Positions 54,058 to 64,000 of a DNA stretch of 64,000 nt are shown piece after piece. The DNA comes from a virus (taxonomy: Duplodnaviria; Caudoviricetes), in IMG/VR virus record IMGVR_UViG_3300049488_000018, positions 7,279 through 71,278 of that record. One strand, written 5' to 3'. Made by a program: the position numbers and the translations under genes. Every line of letters starts with the position of its first letter. Position 1 is the first letter of the stretch. The notes under the pieces were generated by a model that searched no databases, was not told the origin of the DNA, and saw only the letters and a program-made list of their open reading frames with translations.

Positions 54058-57000
54058 TGCCTATTCATTTTGACCATACTGGCGACGGTATACTTACAAT
54101 TAAATCTCCTGCAAGCGGAGTAGTAAGCTTTGAGGGCGCAGCAGCAGGAGCAACTCCTCCATATGTGCTTGATCTGGCCACACTAACGTATGGGTGGGGA
54201 CTTACTGGCGTGACGCATGTCGCAGACTGGAGCAATGCTACACCCGTGGCGATTACGCCTAGCTGGTGGAGCTTCGATTCAAATACTACATTAGTTGGTG
54301 GATTCCCTAATACGTTCGGATATGCATTTTGGGATGGCCTTATATGGCGTAATGGCTTTATTGAATGCACACCAGGTCAGTTAGAAAAAGCTCCTTACCT
54401 AGTAGGCTCAAATGGTGAAAAGCAACTCATAGTTAAAAATGGGATTGATGCTCATCATTGGTTTAGTACCTCAGACAATACTGGCATGAACGTAATAGTA
54501 TTGCACATGGCGTCTACTGAAAATATGTCTAAGTATTCTACTGGGGATAAAGTAGAAATCTTAGCAGAGACATCAGTTAGATATCCACTCGTGATAATAG
54601 CTACTGGTCATCCTCTGCAGGGTAGTAACGGTAATCACACAAGACGTGCTCATTCAGACGACTTGGCAGAAATAAATCCTGCATTTTTTGGAATGTATGG
54701 ATATCCTTCATATAATAATTTCTCATGGGTATTCAGCTTTGTGGGACTTGATGATGAAGGCGCGCCAGAGCTTCCAGCGAGTTGGAGCTGGAGTCTAGAA
54801 TCTCCAAGCACTTACATGCCAGCAGAAAGCGATATATATGGCAGCTGGGGCAATCAGCCTGTCCCCAACAAGAAAGGCATTCATAAGAGATATACTCTTT
54901 CTGAGGCGCAATATAAAGACGTAGAGAAGATCTACTATTTAGATCCGTTGCAAACTGGACCTGGACTATTTTCCGTTGAGGGGACTTATGCCTCATACAT
55001 CGCTCTACAGGCCGCACGTCCGGCAAGAGGATGGTATGCATTAACAGACGACCCTACACGTCTAACTTATTGGAATGGACTTTATGGCTCTCCGGGAGTT
55101 CAGGGGATTACGGCCAGTAGACTAGCAACAGCCCCATACGTAGCTGGTACTAATGGTGAGAATAGAATAATTATCCTTGGTGATGATGACGGCAATGGCG
55201 AAATGGCTATCATCAAGATGCCAGGCATGACAGAGGCAGAGTTAGCAAATTCATTTGATGTGGACTACAGGATAGAGATTGATGGAGCATTATCAGATGG
55301 AGCAATGATAATCGCTGATGAGTGGCAATCTACTAGTACCAGAGTTCTTTGGACTAGTCCAATTGGTCCAAAAGACTGGGAAGGTGTTTGGCTCTCAGTT
55401 AGGCGCCATATGGTCCTTGAGTATTACGGACATCCCAGAAGTAATGTTGTTCCAAGGACATCGCATCCATGGTGCGCAGTGGGATTGCATGGTCTACTCC
55501 TGTCTACACAAAATCATGATGGGTGGGGCAACTATGCTGAGCAGAATTTAACTACAGGGTTCATGCAGCGATTCACTCTGAATGAACGTCAATATAGAAG
55601 TGTGTTGGCTGACGCTGGATTCCAAGATGTAAACATGGATGGAGCCTCACAGTCTAGTGTAGACATTTCAGTTAATACAAGTCCATTTACCTATATATGC
55701 GATCTGAATGATGTAAATATTATCCATAAATTTCATGGTATTGATGACCCTAGTCTTACGATTAAACTCCCAGATAGTGCGAATAACAATATGGAGAAGT
55801 GGAAGTTTCATTTCGCTCATCCTGTTACTCCTAAGTTTACGACAGTATCTGGAGCAGCACTGTTAGACGGCAATACAACTGTGACTCCACTATCAAGGTG
55901 TAAAAGTGGCGGAACATATATAGAGTTCCAGTCAGCTTCAGACGCTGGAAGCATGTGGTCTTCTATCAATAACTCTACCAAGGAAGAGAGAGTTTTTGAA
56001 CTTGATCCATATACAACAGGATGCTGGGCAAACGATAGAGGCTCTGTATCTAGCTGGACACTTGTGCCTTCTCCTGTTCCTGGAGACTCTTGTTATGATA
56101 CTGGACTAGGAGCTTACCATTACTTTAAAGGTGGTGTAGGATTTGAATCTTGGGGATCACAAAACCCAGCACTCGCTCCTTATGTTGCTATGTCAAGTGG
56201 CGAAAATAGAATAAGACTAGTGAATAAAGCAGCAGGGATACAGGCTGGCTACGGTATCGCATTTATTGTTCTGCCTAGTGTAGGCTCTGGAAACGCAACA
56301 ATAGAAACTATAGCACAGCATCTTACTTATGATGAGCCTTTACATATAGACACTGCATATGAACAAGAGTCTCGTGGAGCCTGTATATTAGCTGGGAGTT
56401 GGACCAATACAGAATATGCAGCACAGGGGAATGCCAAACAGTTACATAAAAAGTATCCATCTATTCCTGGGTTTTGGGCACATAGAGCTGGCGATGCATT
56501 TAATGGTGGCGGGTTTGAATTCAACGAGAATACGCATATATCATTCGAGCCATATCCAGATGACTCTACAGAACTTCCAGGCGCAAGAACAAGAATAAGA
56601 TGGTGTCCTACTGCAGGACTAGGCACACTATTTAAACGCCCTAATGAGGGTGTAACAGACGGATGGGGGAATAGAGTAGATATAGACAGAAATGGATATG
56701 CTACAAGATATACTCTTAGCGATAGAGAGTGGGAAGATTCTGCGAGTAAATTATATACAGAAATAAAAACTAGAGACTTTGCATTAACATCAGTAGCTCC
56801 GTATGTGATATCTTCAGAATGGGACCTATTGCGAGATGACTTATTCACGTATGAGGCTCAGGCTAATGGAAAGAAAACTCATCTTGTTATAGATCCATCA
56901 ACAACAGGCGATACGAACCTATACGTTGGCGATGCTCACTTTGAGATGCCAGACTGGTCTTGGGCGAATGTTGGCACTAAGATAACATTCTATAATTATA

Positions 57001-57743
57001 CTAATAATGGCGGTAGACGCTGTATTATACATGCTGCTTTGGGAAATAGCTTTGGTGGTCCATCTTATCTATTTCCAGATGATGGTGTGAGACAATATTA
57101 TGTACATCCGACTAACTCTGGAGTGGGAATAACATTTACCCAGACAGGTAGCGGATGGCAGGCACAGCCTATTAATATGGGCGGAATGGAAAAACGTGGA
57201 TGGGGCAATGGTCCTGACCTCTTAACTCTTGATGGCGAGCCAGCAAGATGGACACTGACACAGCAGGAATATAACTGGCTATCTGATCCATCAATACAGA
57301 TAATTGATTCTACTGCAGGCATAAACTGGACAACCTCATTTGACTTGCGTCCATATCTAGGGAAGGTTATCCACCTTGACTTAGACGTATCAAATAGAAC
57401 TATGTGGATAGACAATATTGGCAATGGCGGCTTTGTTCACATATACGCCCATGACTATAATGACCTAGGATATAAACTGACATTAGATCCCACAATGGGA
57501 GGAGTTTATCCTGGCAATAAGATCAATGGTGTTGGCACTTTAGAATTACCAGTAAACTGCTGGATAACACTCATGGTCAACAGTAGTACGAATAGGTTAT
57601 ACTATATTATTGCAGCCTCTCATGCAGATATGATTAACGGAGCCAATACGGCGGGTGGAGGTGGAGGCTCACGAAACATAGATGGCGGTTCGCCTGATTC
57701 AATTTATTTAGCTTCACAAGTTATAGACGGAGGAAATCCTTAA
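54057..57743 (+). CDS. Large repeat-containing virion protein (1228 aa)
   Basis: ATG overlaps the upstream TAA; repeated APY..G..GE(K/N) and GWGN..R(Y/F/W)TL modules; C-terminal IDGG motifs. Confidence 0.75.
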   Translation: MPIHFDHTGDGILTIKSPASGVVSFEGAAAGATPPYVLDLATLTYGWGLTGVTHVADWSNATPVAITPSWWSFDSNTTLVGGFPNTFGYAFWDGLIWRNGFIECTPGQLEKAPYLVGSNGEKQLIVKNGIDAHHWFSTSDNTGMNVIVLHMASTENMSKYSTGDKVEILAETSVRYPLVIIATGHPLQGSNGNHTRRAHSDDLAEINPAFFGMYGYPSYNNFSWVFSFVGLDDEGAPELPASWSWSLESPSTYMPAESDIYGSWGNQPVPNKKGIHKRYTLSEAQYKDVEKIYYLDPLQTGPGLFSVEGTYASYIALQAARPARGWYALTDDPTRLTYWNGLYGSPGVQGITASRLATAPYVAGTNGENRIIILGDDDGNGEMAIIKMPGMTEAELANSFDVDYRIEIDGALSDGAMIIADEWQSTSTRVLWTSPIGPKDWEGVWLSVRRHMVLEYYGHPRSNVVPRTSHPWCAVGLHGLLLSTQNHDGWGNYAEQNLTTGFMQRFTLNERQYRSVLADAGFQDVNMDGASQSSVDISVNTSPFTYICDLNDVNIIHKFHGIDDPSLTIKLPDSANNNMEKWKFHFAHPVTPKFTTVSGAALLDGNTTVTPLSRCKSGGTYIEFQSASDAGSMWSSINNSTKEERVFELDPYTTGCWANDRGSVSSWTLVPSPVPGDSCYDTGLGAYHYFKGGVGFESWGSQNPALAPYVAMSSGENRIRLVNKAAGIQAGYGIAFIVLPSVGSGNATIETIAQHLTYDEPLHIDTAYEQESRGACILAGSWTNTEYAAQGNAKQLHKKYPSIPGFWAHRAGDAFNGGGFEFNENTHISFEPYPDDSTELPGARTRIRWCPTAGLGTLFKRPNEGVTDGWGNRVDIDRNGYATRYTLSDREWEDSASKLYTEIKTRDFALTSVAPYVISSEWDLLRDDLFTYEAQANGKKTHLVIDPSTTGDTNLYVGDAHFEMPDWSWANVGTKITFYNYTNNGGRRCIIHAALGNSFGGPSYLFPDDGVRQYYVHPTNSGVGITFTQTGSGWQAQPINMGGMEKRGWGNGPDLLTLDGEPARWTLTQQEYNWLSDPSIQIIDSTAGINWTTSFDLRPYLGKVIHLDLDVSNRTMWIDNIGNGGFVHIYAHDYNDLGYKLTLDPTMGGVYPGNKINGVGTLELPVNCWITLMVNSSTNRLYYIIAASHADMINGANTAGGGGGSRNIDGGSPDSIYLASQVIDGGNP

Positions 57744-60485
57744 ATGGCAGATATTATTCAAATACGTGGTGGTACAGCTGCAGCATGGACCGCAGCCAAT
57801 CCTATTCTCGCTAATAAAGAACTTGGCGTAGAAACTGACACTAACTTTATGAAGATTGGCAATGGTGTAACTGCCTGGAACTCCAAAGCATATATCTCAT
57901 TTGGCATTGCCGAGGCTCCGTCAGATGGCAAGTTCTATAACAGAAGGAATGCAGCATGGGTAGAACACCCTGGTGACGGGATAGGGTTTAACTCGTACCT
58001 TGCGGATGTTACCTTAGTCACAGGATTCCTAACTATAGCTAACTCTCATATTGTTAAGTTCCCTACAGGGGGAGTTTTCGCAGACACAACGAGTGAGTAC
58101 ACATTAGCCGCATCATCTGGCACACTAACATTGACAGACGACAGTCTTAATATCCTATGTGCATATTACAATGGAGGTACTCCAATCTGGCAGGTAGTTA
58201 CAGATATGGACCTTATTGATATGCAAACAAGAATTCCTTATTGTAGAATGTTCAAAAGAACAGGATCTACATTCATGCATACTCAGGGGTTCTGTGAGCT
58301 TAATACGAATGTGGCAGACAGAATTGTAAATAGACTAGTAAGAACTAACGAGTATGCTCATGAGGCCGGCCTTACATTGTCAGCATCTGCTGGTAATTAC
58401 TTTATATCAGCAGGAGAGGTATGGGTTGGTATAAATGAAATCAATCTTGTAGCAATAGATGCTAATACGAATGATGGCTTCTTTGATTGTATGTATGCGC
58501 CTACTTCACTCGGGACATTCAATGCTGGAACCACATATGCGAAAGGTGCGAGAGTAACTCAGTCAGCAGTAGATTATATCTCCTTGCAAGATGGCAATGT
58601 CGGCAATACACCTCCTAATTCAACTTACTGGTCGACATCAATCTCTTCTACATGGGGAGTTCCAAAGGCTGCATCTGGAGCAGATCCATTACTTGACAAT
58701 GCTCATTATATGGATCCTATTGGCACAGGGCTAGTACCACTAACTGCTGGGTACTGGAATATAAACTGGATTTATCGTGGTGTAGAAGCAGAGACTCATA
58801 CTTACCGAGTTCTGGATACTGCTCAGTACCAATCTAGTGCTCTTGCACAAACAGCAAGTCCTCCTAACTCATTACCTGCATTAATTACATCACATGCTAT
58901 ACTAGTGGGTCGCGTGATAGTACAACAGGGACAAACTACTGGCTATGTCATAGAGGATTCCCTGACAACTAAATTCTCCTCTGGGGCAAATGTTACAAAC
59001 CATAATATCCTTGGTGGCATACAGGGCGGTACTACTAACCAGTATTATCATTTAACATCTGCACAGAATACTCTCGTCGCTGGAATGACAGGACTAGACA
59101 GAGGTGGATTTGCTTTTCCTTACTCTTATGATTTTTCACTGACTACGACTCCTGCTTCTGGAAAGATTAGTTTCAATACAAATACAATCACTGCTGTAAC
59201 TACAATGTATATGAATGAGACTAATACAGATGGAATCTTATGGGATGCGCTTATAGATACACTCCAGCAAGATAACTGGATTTATATTTATAGCAGGGTT
59301 AATCCAGCTAAGTATGCAGCATTCAAACTGTCAGCAGCATTCACATCTGGGGCTGGGGTAGATACAATACCAGTAGTCTATCAGTTTGGAGCCGGCGGAA
59401 ACTTTACTGACGCAGAGGCTCTTGGGCTTGCAGTTGAACTCCTTTCTCCACCATCGGCCATTAATCCCGCAACTGAGACCTTGGGGGTCGCAGCTGTAGT
59501 AGGAACGTCGATTAAATATTCGAGAGAAGACCATATTCACCCACTGACAACTCCTGGTGCAACTACTCAGATCCTTTATAATAATGCCGGAGTGGGGGCA
59601 GGAGATGCCAACCATATATGGGACTCTGCAAACAAGAGAGTAACTATAACAGGTGGATCTCTCGCTCAGACAGCTATAGCCAACCCAACAGCAGTAGCCT
59701 CAACATTGCTACAATATGTCGGTGATTTTGGCGGAAGGTTAATGCCTAAGTTTATGGGACCTTCTGGTATGGACTGGCCAGTCCAGCCTCACTTTGGGTT
59801 CCAAAGAATAGTAACACTAACTGCAACCGGCTCAGCAGCGGCAGTTTATGGAGCAGCAGCTTACGCATTGACCGGTGGGACAATAGCTTATGTAGCTCCC
59901 ACTACAGGGTCTGTGGCTAATCAATGTGCAAAAATATCCCTGCCTACTGGCACAACAGCTGGAACTGTGGCTTATTATCGTCCGCCTGCTGGAGACGCAC
60001 AGTGTTACTTAGGAAATGCCGCAGGTTCGGGCGGATTTACATTCATGGCGAGATTTGGAATGTCTGCACTTACTACTGGTAACCGTATCTTTATTGGGCT
60101 TGGGCCTCGTGTTACCTCTACAAACGTAGACCCTAATACAATACTTAATCAGGTGGGCTTATCAGTTATAGCATCTACTGGAAACTGGGCAATCACAATG
60201 AACAATGGTTCAGGCACAGCTACTGTCACCACACTCTCTTCCCCAGCTATCGCACTGAATGCAACTGACTTAATTGAGTTAGTTATGTTTGCTGCACCAA
60301 ACAGCTCTACAATAACTTACAGAGTTACTAACTGGTCTACTGGTCTCCAGGCCACAGGAACATTAACAACAAAAGTCCCAGCAGTGAATACTGTACTAGT
60401 CCCTCATGCATGGCTAACGAATAACGCACAGGCAGCCGCTTGCACAATGTGGATAAATCGTATGTATCTGGAAACAGATTACTAA
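57744..60485 (+). CDS. Fibre protein with major-tropism-determinant-like N-terminal domain (913 aa)
   Basis: MADIIQIRGGTAAAWTAANPILANKELGVETDT..KIGNG..W. Confidence 0.8.
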   Translation: MADIIQIRGGTAAAWTAANPILANKELGVETDTNFMKIGNGVTAWNSKAYISFGIAEAPSDGKFYNRRNAAWVEHPGDGIGFNSYLADVTLVTGFLTIANSHIVKFPTGGVFADTTSEYTLAASSGTLTLTDDSLNILCAYYNGGTPIWQVVTDMDLIDMQTRIPYCRMFKRTGSTFMHTQGFCELNTNVADRIVNRLVRTNEYAHEAGLTLSASAGNYFISAGEVWVGINEINLVAIDANTNDGFFDCMYAPTSLGTFNAGTTYAKGARVTQSAVDYISLQDGNVGNTPPNSTYWSTSISSTWGVPKAASGADPLLDNAHYMDPIGTGLVPLTAGYWNINWIYRGVEAETHTYRVLDTAQYQSSALAQTASPPNSLPALITSHAILVGRVIVQQGQTTGYVIEDSLTTKFSSGANVTNHNILGGIQGGTTNQYYHLTSAQNTLVAGMTGLDRGGFAFPYSYDFSLTTTPASGKISFNTNTITAVTTMYMNETNTDGILWDALIDTLQQDNWIYIYSRVNPAKYAAFKLSAAFTSGAGVDTIPVVYQFGAGGNFTDAEALGLAVELLSPPSAINPATETLGVAAVVGTSIKYSREDHIHPLTTPGATTQILYNNAGVGAGDANHIWDSANKRVTITGGSLAQTAIANPTAVASTLLQYVGDFGGRLMPKFMGPSGMDWPVQPHFGFQRIVTLTATGSAAAVYGAAAYALTGGTIAYVAPTTGSVANQCAKISLPTGTTAGTVAYYRPPAGDAQCYLGNAAGSGGFTFMARFGMSALTTGNRIFIGLGPRVTSTNVDPNTILNQVGLSVIASTGNWAITMNNGSGTATVTTLSSPAIALNATDLIELVMFAAPNSSTITYRVTNWSTGLQATGTLTTKVPAVNTVLVPHAWLTNNAQAAACTMWINRMYLETDY

Positions 60486-60497
60486 TAGGAGTAAATC

Positions 60498-61052
60498 ATG
60501 GGAAATTATAAACAAGAAAAAGTAACAGGGTGGCAACGCTCTAAGCAGGTTATTATTAAGAATGACTATAAGGTCGTTCCTACTATTGAATTCACAGAAG
60601 AAATGGTAGTCGAAGTTGATGGTGCGCTTATTAACAAGAAAGATGTTGGGACAGTAGGAACATCTCTTAAAGACCCTAGCATGTCATTCGATCTTCTTAA
60701 TCCTGAAAATGATCAGATTATCGGTAAAGGAAACTATGGACAGGCATATGTTTTGCTCTATAGCATTTATCGCCATCTTGCAGACAAGAGAGATATAAGA
60801 GATTTAAAATGGCCAATTTTAGTTAAGGCTAAGGAAGAATATGAAAAGGCCGTGAAGCTTGCCGCTGAGGCTACTGCTGCTTACGCAAAGGCGAAGACGT
60901 CATTTGATAAAGACCCAAGCAGTGGGACATTAAGCAATGCTCTTTCTGTTGCCTTAAATGAAAAGACATCAGCTGATAACATAGCACAAGATAAGAAGTT
61001 CATAATGGACTCAGCACAAGAAGCATTTGATACAGCTAGTGATTACCTGTAA
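60498..61052 (+). CDS. Fibre-associated protein with coiled-coil C-terminus
   Basis: WQRSKQVIIKN..PTIEF.EE; Ala/Lys-rich helical tail. Confidence 0.7.
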   Translation: MGNYKQEKVTGWQRSKQVIIKNDYKVVPTIEFTEEMVVEVDGALINKKDVGTVGTSLKDPSMSFDLLNPENDQIIGKGNYGQAYVLLYSIYRHLADKRDIRDLKWPILVKAKEEYEKAVKLAAEATAAYAKAKTSFDKDPSSGTLSNALSVALNEKTSADNIAQDKKFIMDSAQEAFDTASDYL

Positions 61053-61144
61053 TGAGAAAATATTGTGAACAGTGTGGATATAGCTGGGTGAGTAATGATG
61101 CTATTACTTGCCCGTCTTGTGGCTGCACGAGAATAACGGGATAG
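61052..61144 (+). CDS. Micro zinc-ribbon protein (30 aa)
   Basis: MRKYCEQCGYSWVSNDAITCPSCGCTRITG; TAATG coupling. Confidence 0.55.
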   Translation: MRKYCEQCGYSWVSNDAITCPSCGCTRITG

Positions 61145-61152
61145 GAGTTAAC

Positions 61153-61806
61153 ATGCTAGCAAGCGTAAGATATGAAAAGGGACATGGTAATACTTCTATA
61201 TTCGCTAGAGCTAGAAATCAATCTGGTCAGGTCTATAATTTTATTACAACTACATGGGTGGGAACTGAAGGATCTGCTACTAAAGTTTTCTTAACTGAGT
61301 ATGCAGACGGAGATCCAATAGACTCGCTTTACTCTGCCGATGTTGCTTTTCCAAATTTAGAAAGCATACAAGAAGTTGTAGACTCTTCAAGTTCACTCGT
61401 AATAGGATCTGGTGTTTATAGCCCTGTGTCAGCTTCTGGTCTCACACTCGCAGAAATAGAATCATCTCTCGTACTTGCGAAAGAGTCATCTGTAAATTTA
61501 GCAGTTAAGTCAAATGACACAAGACTGGATAACCTTGATGCTAAAATAAGCCTTACAGCCACTTACTCACAGGTAGATAGCATATTTATACCGCTGCTTG
61601 ATGCACTCGTTGCCATACAAGACAATACAGGTAACATTAATACTGACCTCACTGATATCGCAGATGCCCATTTAGGCAACTGGGAGATAGCTGGCACACA
61701 GATGATATTTTATCGGCGTAATGGTGTTGAACTTATGAGATTTAATCTCACAGATAAGTTCGGCAATCCATCTGACCACAATGTATTTAAGAGGGTGAAA
61801 GCATGA
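61153..61806 (+). CDS. Virion structural protein (217 aa)
   Basis: AGGAG RBS before the ATG at 61153; C-terminal GNWEI.GTQMIFY..NGVEL.RFNL.D module. Confidence 0.7.
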   Translation: MLASVRYEKGHGNTSIFARARNQSGQVYNFITTTWVGTEGSATKVFLTEYADGDPIDSLYSADVAFPNLESIQEVVDSSSSLVIGSGVYSPVSASGLTLAEIESSLVLAKESSVNLAVKSNDTRLDNLDAKISLTATYSQVDSIFIPLLDALVAIQDNTGNINTDLTDIADAHLGNWEIAGTQMIFYRRNGVELMRFNLTDKFGNPSDHNVFKRVKA

Positions 61807-61976
61807 GCTTAATAACACAAGGATTCGGCGCTGATATAGAATATGATGCCCCAAGCCCTAGTGGAGCTTTCCCTGTTGTAACAGACCCTAGAGAAGCTGC
61901 TCCGCCAATAGGAAACTTCCCAGAGCAAATATTACCACATGAGCCAGTAGCACCAGAGCACGGACAATTCGGGTAA
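61803..61976 (+). CDS. Pro-rich micro-protein (57 aa)
   Basis: MSLITQGFGADIEYDAPSPSGAF...; ATGA coupling. Confidence 0.55.
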   Translation: MSLITQGFGADIEYDAPSPSGAFPVVTDPREAAPPIGNFPEQILPHEPVAPEHGQFG

Positions 61977-61985
61977 GGAGATATC

Positions 61986-63299
61986 ATGGCAGAAACTATT
62001 GTATTTAATCTACCAGCACCAGGGCCATATGAGGATCCAGCTTTTGATATGCTGTGGTTCCAGTCTGTTGATGGTATAACATGGGATGCTGTCCCAATTG
62101 ATACTACTCTTGTATCTGCATTGCCAATCTCCCCGTTAGGACAATTTGTATGGGCCAGCTTGTTAGCAGATGCATCGAAGTATCATAGAATAAAATCTAG
62201 AACACAACTAGGGATTGAGAGCGCATCAGCTATAGTGCTCCCTCCTAGATCCCTAATAACAGCATCTCCTATTACAGGGATGTCTCTTACAAATGATGCC
62301 ATTTATGCACTTGGTGACACGGTCGAGTTTGTGTTAAATGTTGATGCAGATAAAGTAGCGTTACTGGGTCCGCAGTTATCGGTAGAGATAATCGACACAC
62401 ATAACAATACGATAGCTTCATTGATAGCGGATCAACTAGGGACTGTTTATATTGCATCATGGACTATACCTTTAGGTCTTGGGCAGTTCTACAACCCAAC
62501 TCATATAACTGAGACCGGTGAGCCTATTTATTTTTACCTCAGGGATAGATGGTTGCTTAACGGTAGCTCTATGGCATTTGACTTTAAGGTTGAACGTGCA
62601 CTAGAGAACCCAGCAGAGGATAACTCATTAATACAGGTAATGATAGAGGGAGTTAAGTCTGTTACAAATACTCTGTGTGAGAAAGCTGCCCTTATCTTTA
62701 TGACTAAGTGTAAGCCATTCTACTGCACTGTTACAGAGGTTAAAGATCTTTACAGAGAGTTTCTTGGTAATGTTGATAACTTCTCAGTTGCAAGACATAT
62801 ATATAATATATCAAAAGTAATTGATCTACATATGGCTCCTCAGCAGATTAATCGCCAAGAAGCCTATGACCTAGCTGTGAGAAACTATACTAAATTCCAG
62901 GCAGCTATCCAACTCCTTACTCCTATGATGCAAACATCAAGCGAGACTAAAGAGCTTGATACTTTTAAGATCTCAAGAATGATACTAGATCATTTAGAGG
63001 CAGAAGCAAAACGCTATGCATTATTTATCTGGGCTGGAGGGTTCGATACACCGTTCCTTACCAGACGCTTTGAGAAGGGTCTGTGGGATCCATCTCGCTT
63101 AGTTATAGGCAGAGCCAAGCTCGACACATCAGATCGCTTCCCATGGGTTAACAAGACCTCTGGTAACACATTGATGAGAGTAGATGGAGAAGATATCGAA
63201 GTACGTGGAGAAAGAACTATTTCTCTTAACTCTAACCCAAGATTCGACTATAGCAACTTGATCGGTCTAGAGAATCCAGAGGGCTTATGGTTAATCTAA
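61986..63299 (+). CDS. Putative head-tail adaptor/neck protein (437 aa)
   Basis: AAGGAG RBS; C-terminal helical domain with KELDTFKIS; lies before a head-closure-like gene. Confidence 0.55.
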   Translation: MAETIVFNLPAPGPYEDPAFDMLWFQSVDGITWDAVPIDTTLVSALPISPLGQFVWASLLADASKYHRIKSRTQLGIESASAIVLPPRSLITASPITGMSLTNDAIYALGDTVEFVLNVDADKVALLGPQLSVEIIDTHNNTIASLIADQLGTVYIASWTIPLGLGQFYNPTHITETGEPIYFYLRDRWLLNGSSMAFDFKVERALENPAEDNSLIQVMIEGVKSVTNTLCEKAALIFMTKCKPFYCTVTEVKDLYREFLGNVDNFSVARHIYNISKVIDLHMAPQQINRQEAYDLAVRNYTKFQAAIQLLTPMMQTSSETKELDTFKISRMILDHLEAEAKRYALFIWAGGFDTPFLTRRFEKGLWDPSRLVIGRAKLDTSDRFPWVNKTSGNTLMRVDGEDIEVRGERTISLNSNPRFDYSNLIGLENPEGLWLI

Positions 63300-63748
63300 A
63301 AAAGGAAATGGAAATACTCCTCAGACACACCTATGATCTATTTGTCGTAAGGCACATAGGACAGACTAAGTGTAACTGCTGGAGAGCACCAGCTAACGTG
63401 CCAGATCCTGAGTGCCCTAACTGTGAAGGTATGGGTTGGTTATGGGAAGAGTTTCTAGTTAAGGGTAAGCTATTCTGGATCCCAGCAATGGTTGCTCACG
63501 GACAAGACTTCACATATGGTATGTCATATTCTAACCTCGTAACTATTTATTTTAAAACAGATGAATTAAGCTTGGACAATCTCAGGATCAGTGATAGAAT
63601 ATTCTTAGTAAGAGCAGACGAGTATGGTGAGGTACTTGAACCGATTCAGAGAACCCGTAAGTGGCAGGTTACAGACGTTTATGACTTCCATGAGCAGGAC
63701 AATAAGTTTGAATTTTTCAAAGTATATGCCAAACCAGAAGTAGTGTAG
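63287..63748 (+). CDS. Putative head-closure/neck protein
   Basis: KCNCW..PDPECPNCEGMGW motif seen in neck proteins of large myophages. Confidence 0.6.
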   Translation: MVNLKKEMEILLRHTYDLFVVRHIGQTKCNCWRAPANVPDPECPNCEGMGWLWEEFLVKGKLFWIPAMVAHGQDFTYGMSYSNLVTIYFKTDELSLDNLRISDRIFLVRADEYGEVLEPIQRTRKWQVTDVYDFHEQDNKFEFFKVYAKPEVV

Positions 63749-63778
63749 TTATTAACACTTGACGCACCAGGAATATAT

Positions 63779-64000
63779 ATGACTAATGATAAAACATTTG
63801 CTAAAAAGATCTTTATAAACATACAAGAAACATTAGCACTTCCTGGTCCAGACGAGTTCCCTCCGAGCGAGGGAGATGTAACAAGCGTTAATGATTTCAT
63901 GAAACTGCTAGTAGAAGCAAATGATATATATGCAAAGACTTTTGCTATACCAGATACTCACAAGTTGGTAATAGCCGAAGAAGTCCCCAGAGAAATAGTC
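63779..64000 (+). CDS. Morphogenesis gene, truncated by the window end
   Basis: ATG at 63779; frame open to 64000. Confidence 0.55.
   Translation, partial: MTNDKTFAKKIFINIQETLALPGPDEFPPSEGDVTSVNDFMKLLVEANDIYAKTFAIPDTHKLVIAEEVPREIV

Noticed and set aside
44239-61806. Diversity-generating retroelement target
   Set aside because: No reverse transcriptase and no near-identical TR/VR nucleotide pair differing at adenines were seen in this window.
24894-64000. Genome-wide TAG reassignment (genetic code 15/16)
   Set aside because: Late genes are long and intact in the standard code. TAG ends several genes whose neighbours have their own RBS. The in-frame TAG-then-ORF cases at 44232, 47262 and 63748 are 3 of 7, close to the one-third expected by chance. 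Only the portal TAG is truly internal.

Overview
The window is a 64 kb internal segment of a large tailed dsDNA bacteriophage (Caudoviricetes-type) genome. It has two divergent blocks meeting at about 24.45-24.85 kb. Left block (1-24.4 kb, all on the minus strand): early/accessory genes. These include a 991-aa single-subunit two-barrel RNA polymerase (YonO/RdRP-like, DxDGD), an SSB-like protein, many tiny Cys-rich and membrane proteins, and an 860-nt non-coding interval holding iteron-like repeats and a candidate large structured RNA. At the left end is a coupled operon of Tyr/dual-specificity phosphatase, macrodomain, PP2C phosphatase, YegI-like kinase and nicotinamidase (truncated by the window edge). 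Right block (24.9-64 kb, plus strand): virion morphogenesis. It runs metallophosphoesterase, terminase large subunit, portal (interrupted by one in-frame TAG and fused to a MuF-like domain), protease/scaffold, major capsid protein, HNH endonuclease, four tandem Lys/Gly-rich micro-proteins, about 17.5 kb of fibre/decoration-like genes, then head-completion genes. No rRNA, confident tRNA, CRISPR array or transposase was seen. All product calls come from motif recognition by eye; no database search was run. Several start codons were re-assigned from the ORF track using Shine-Dalgarno position.
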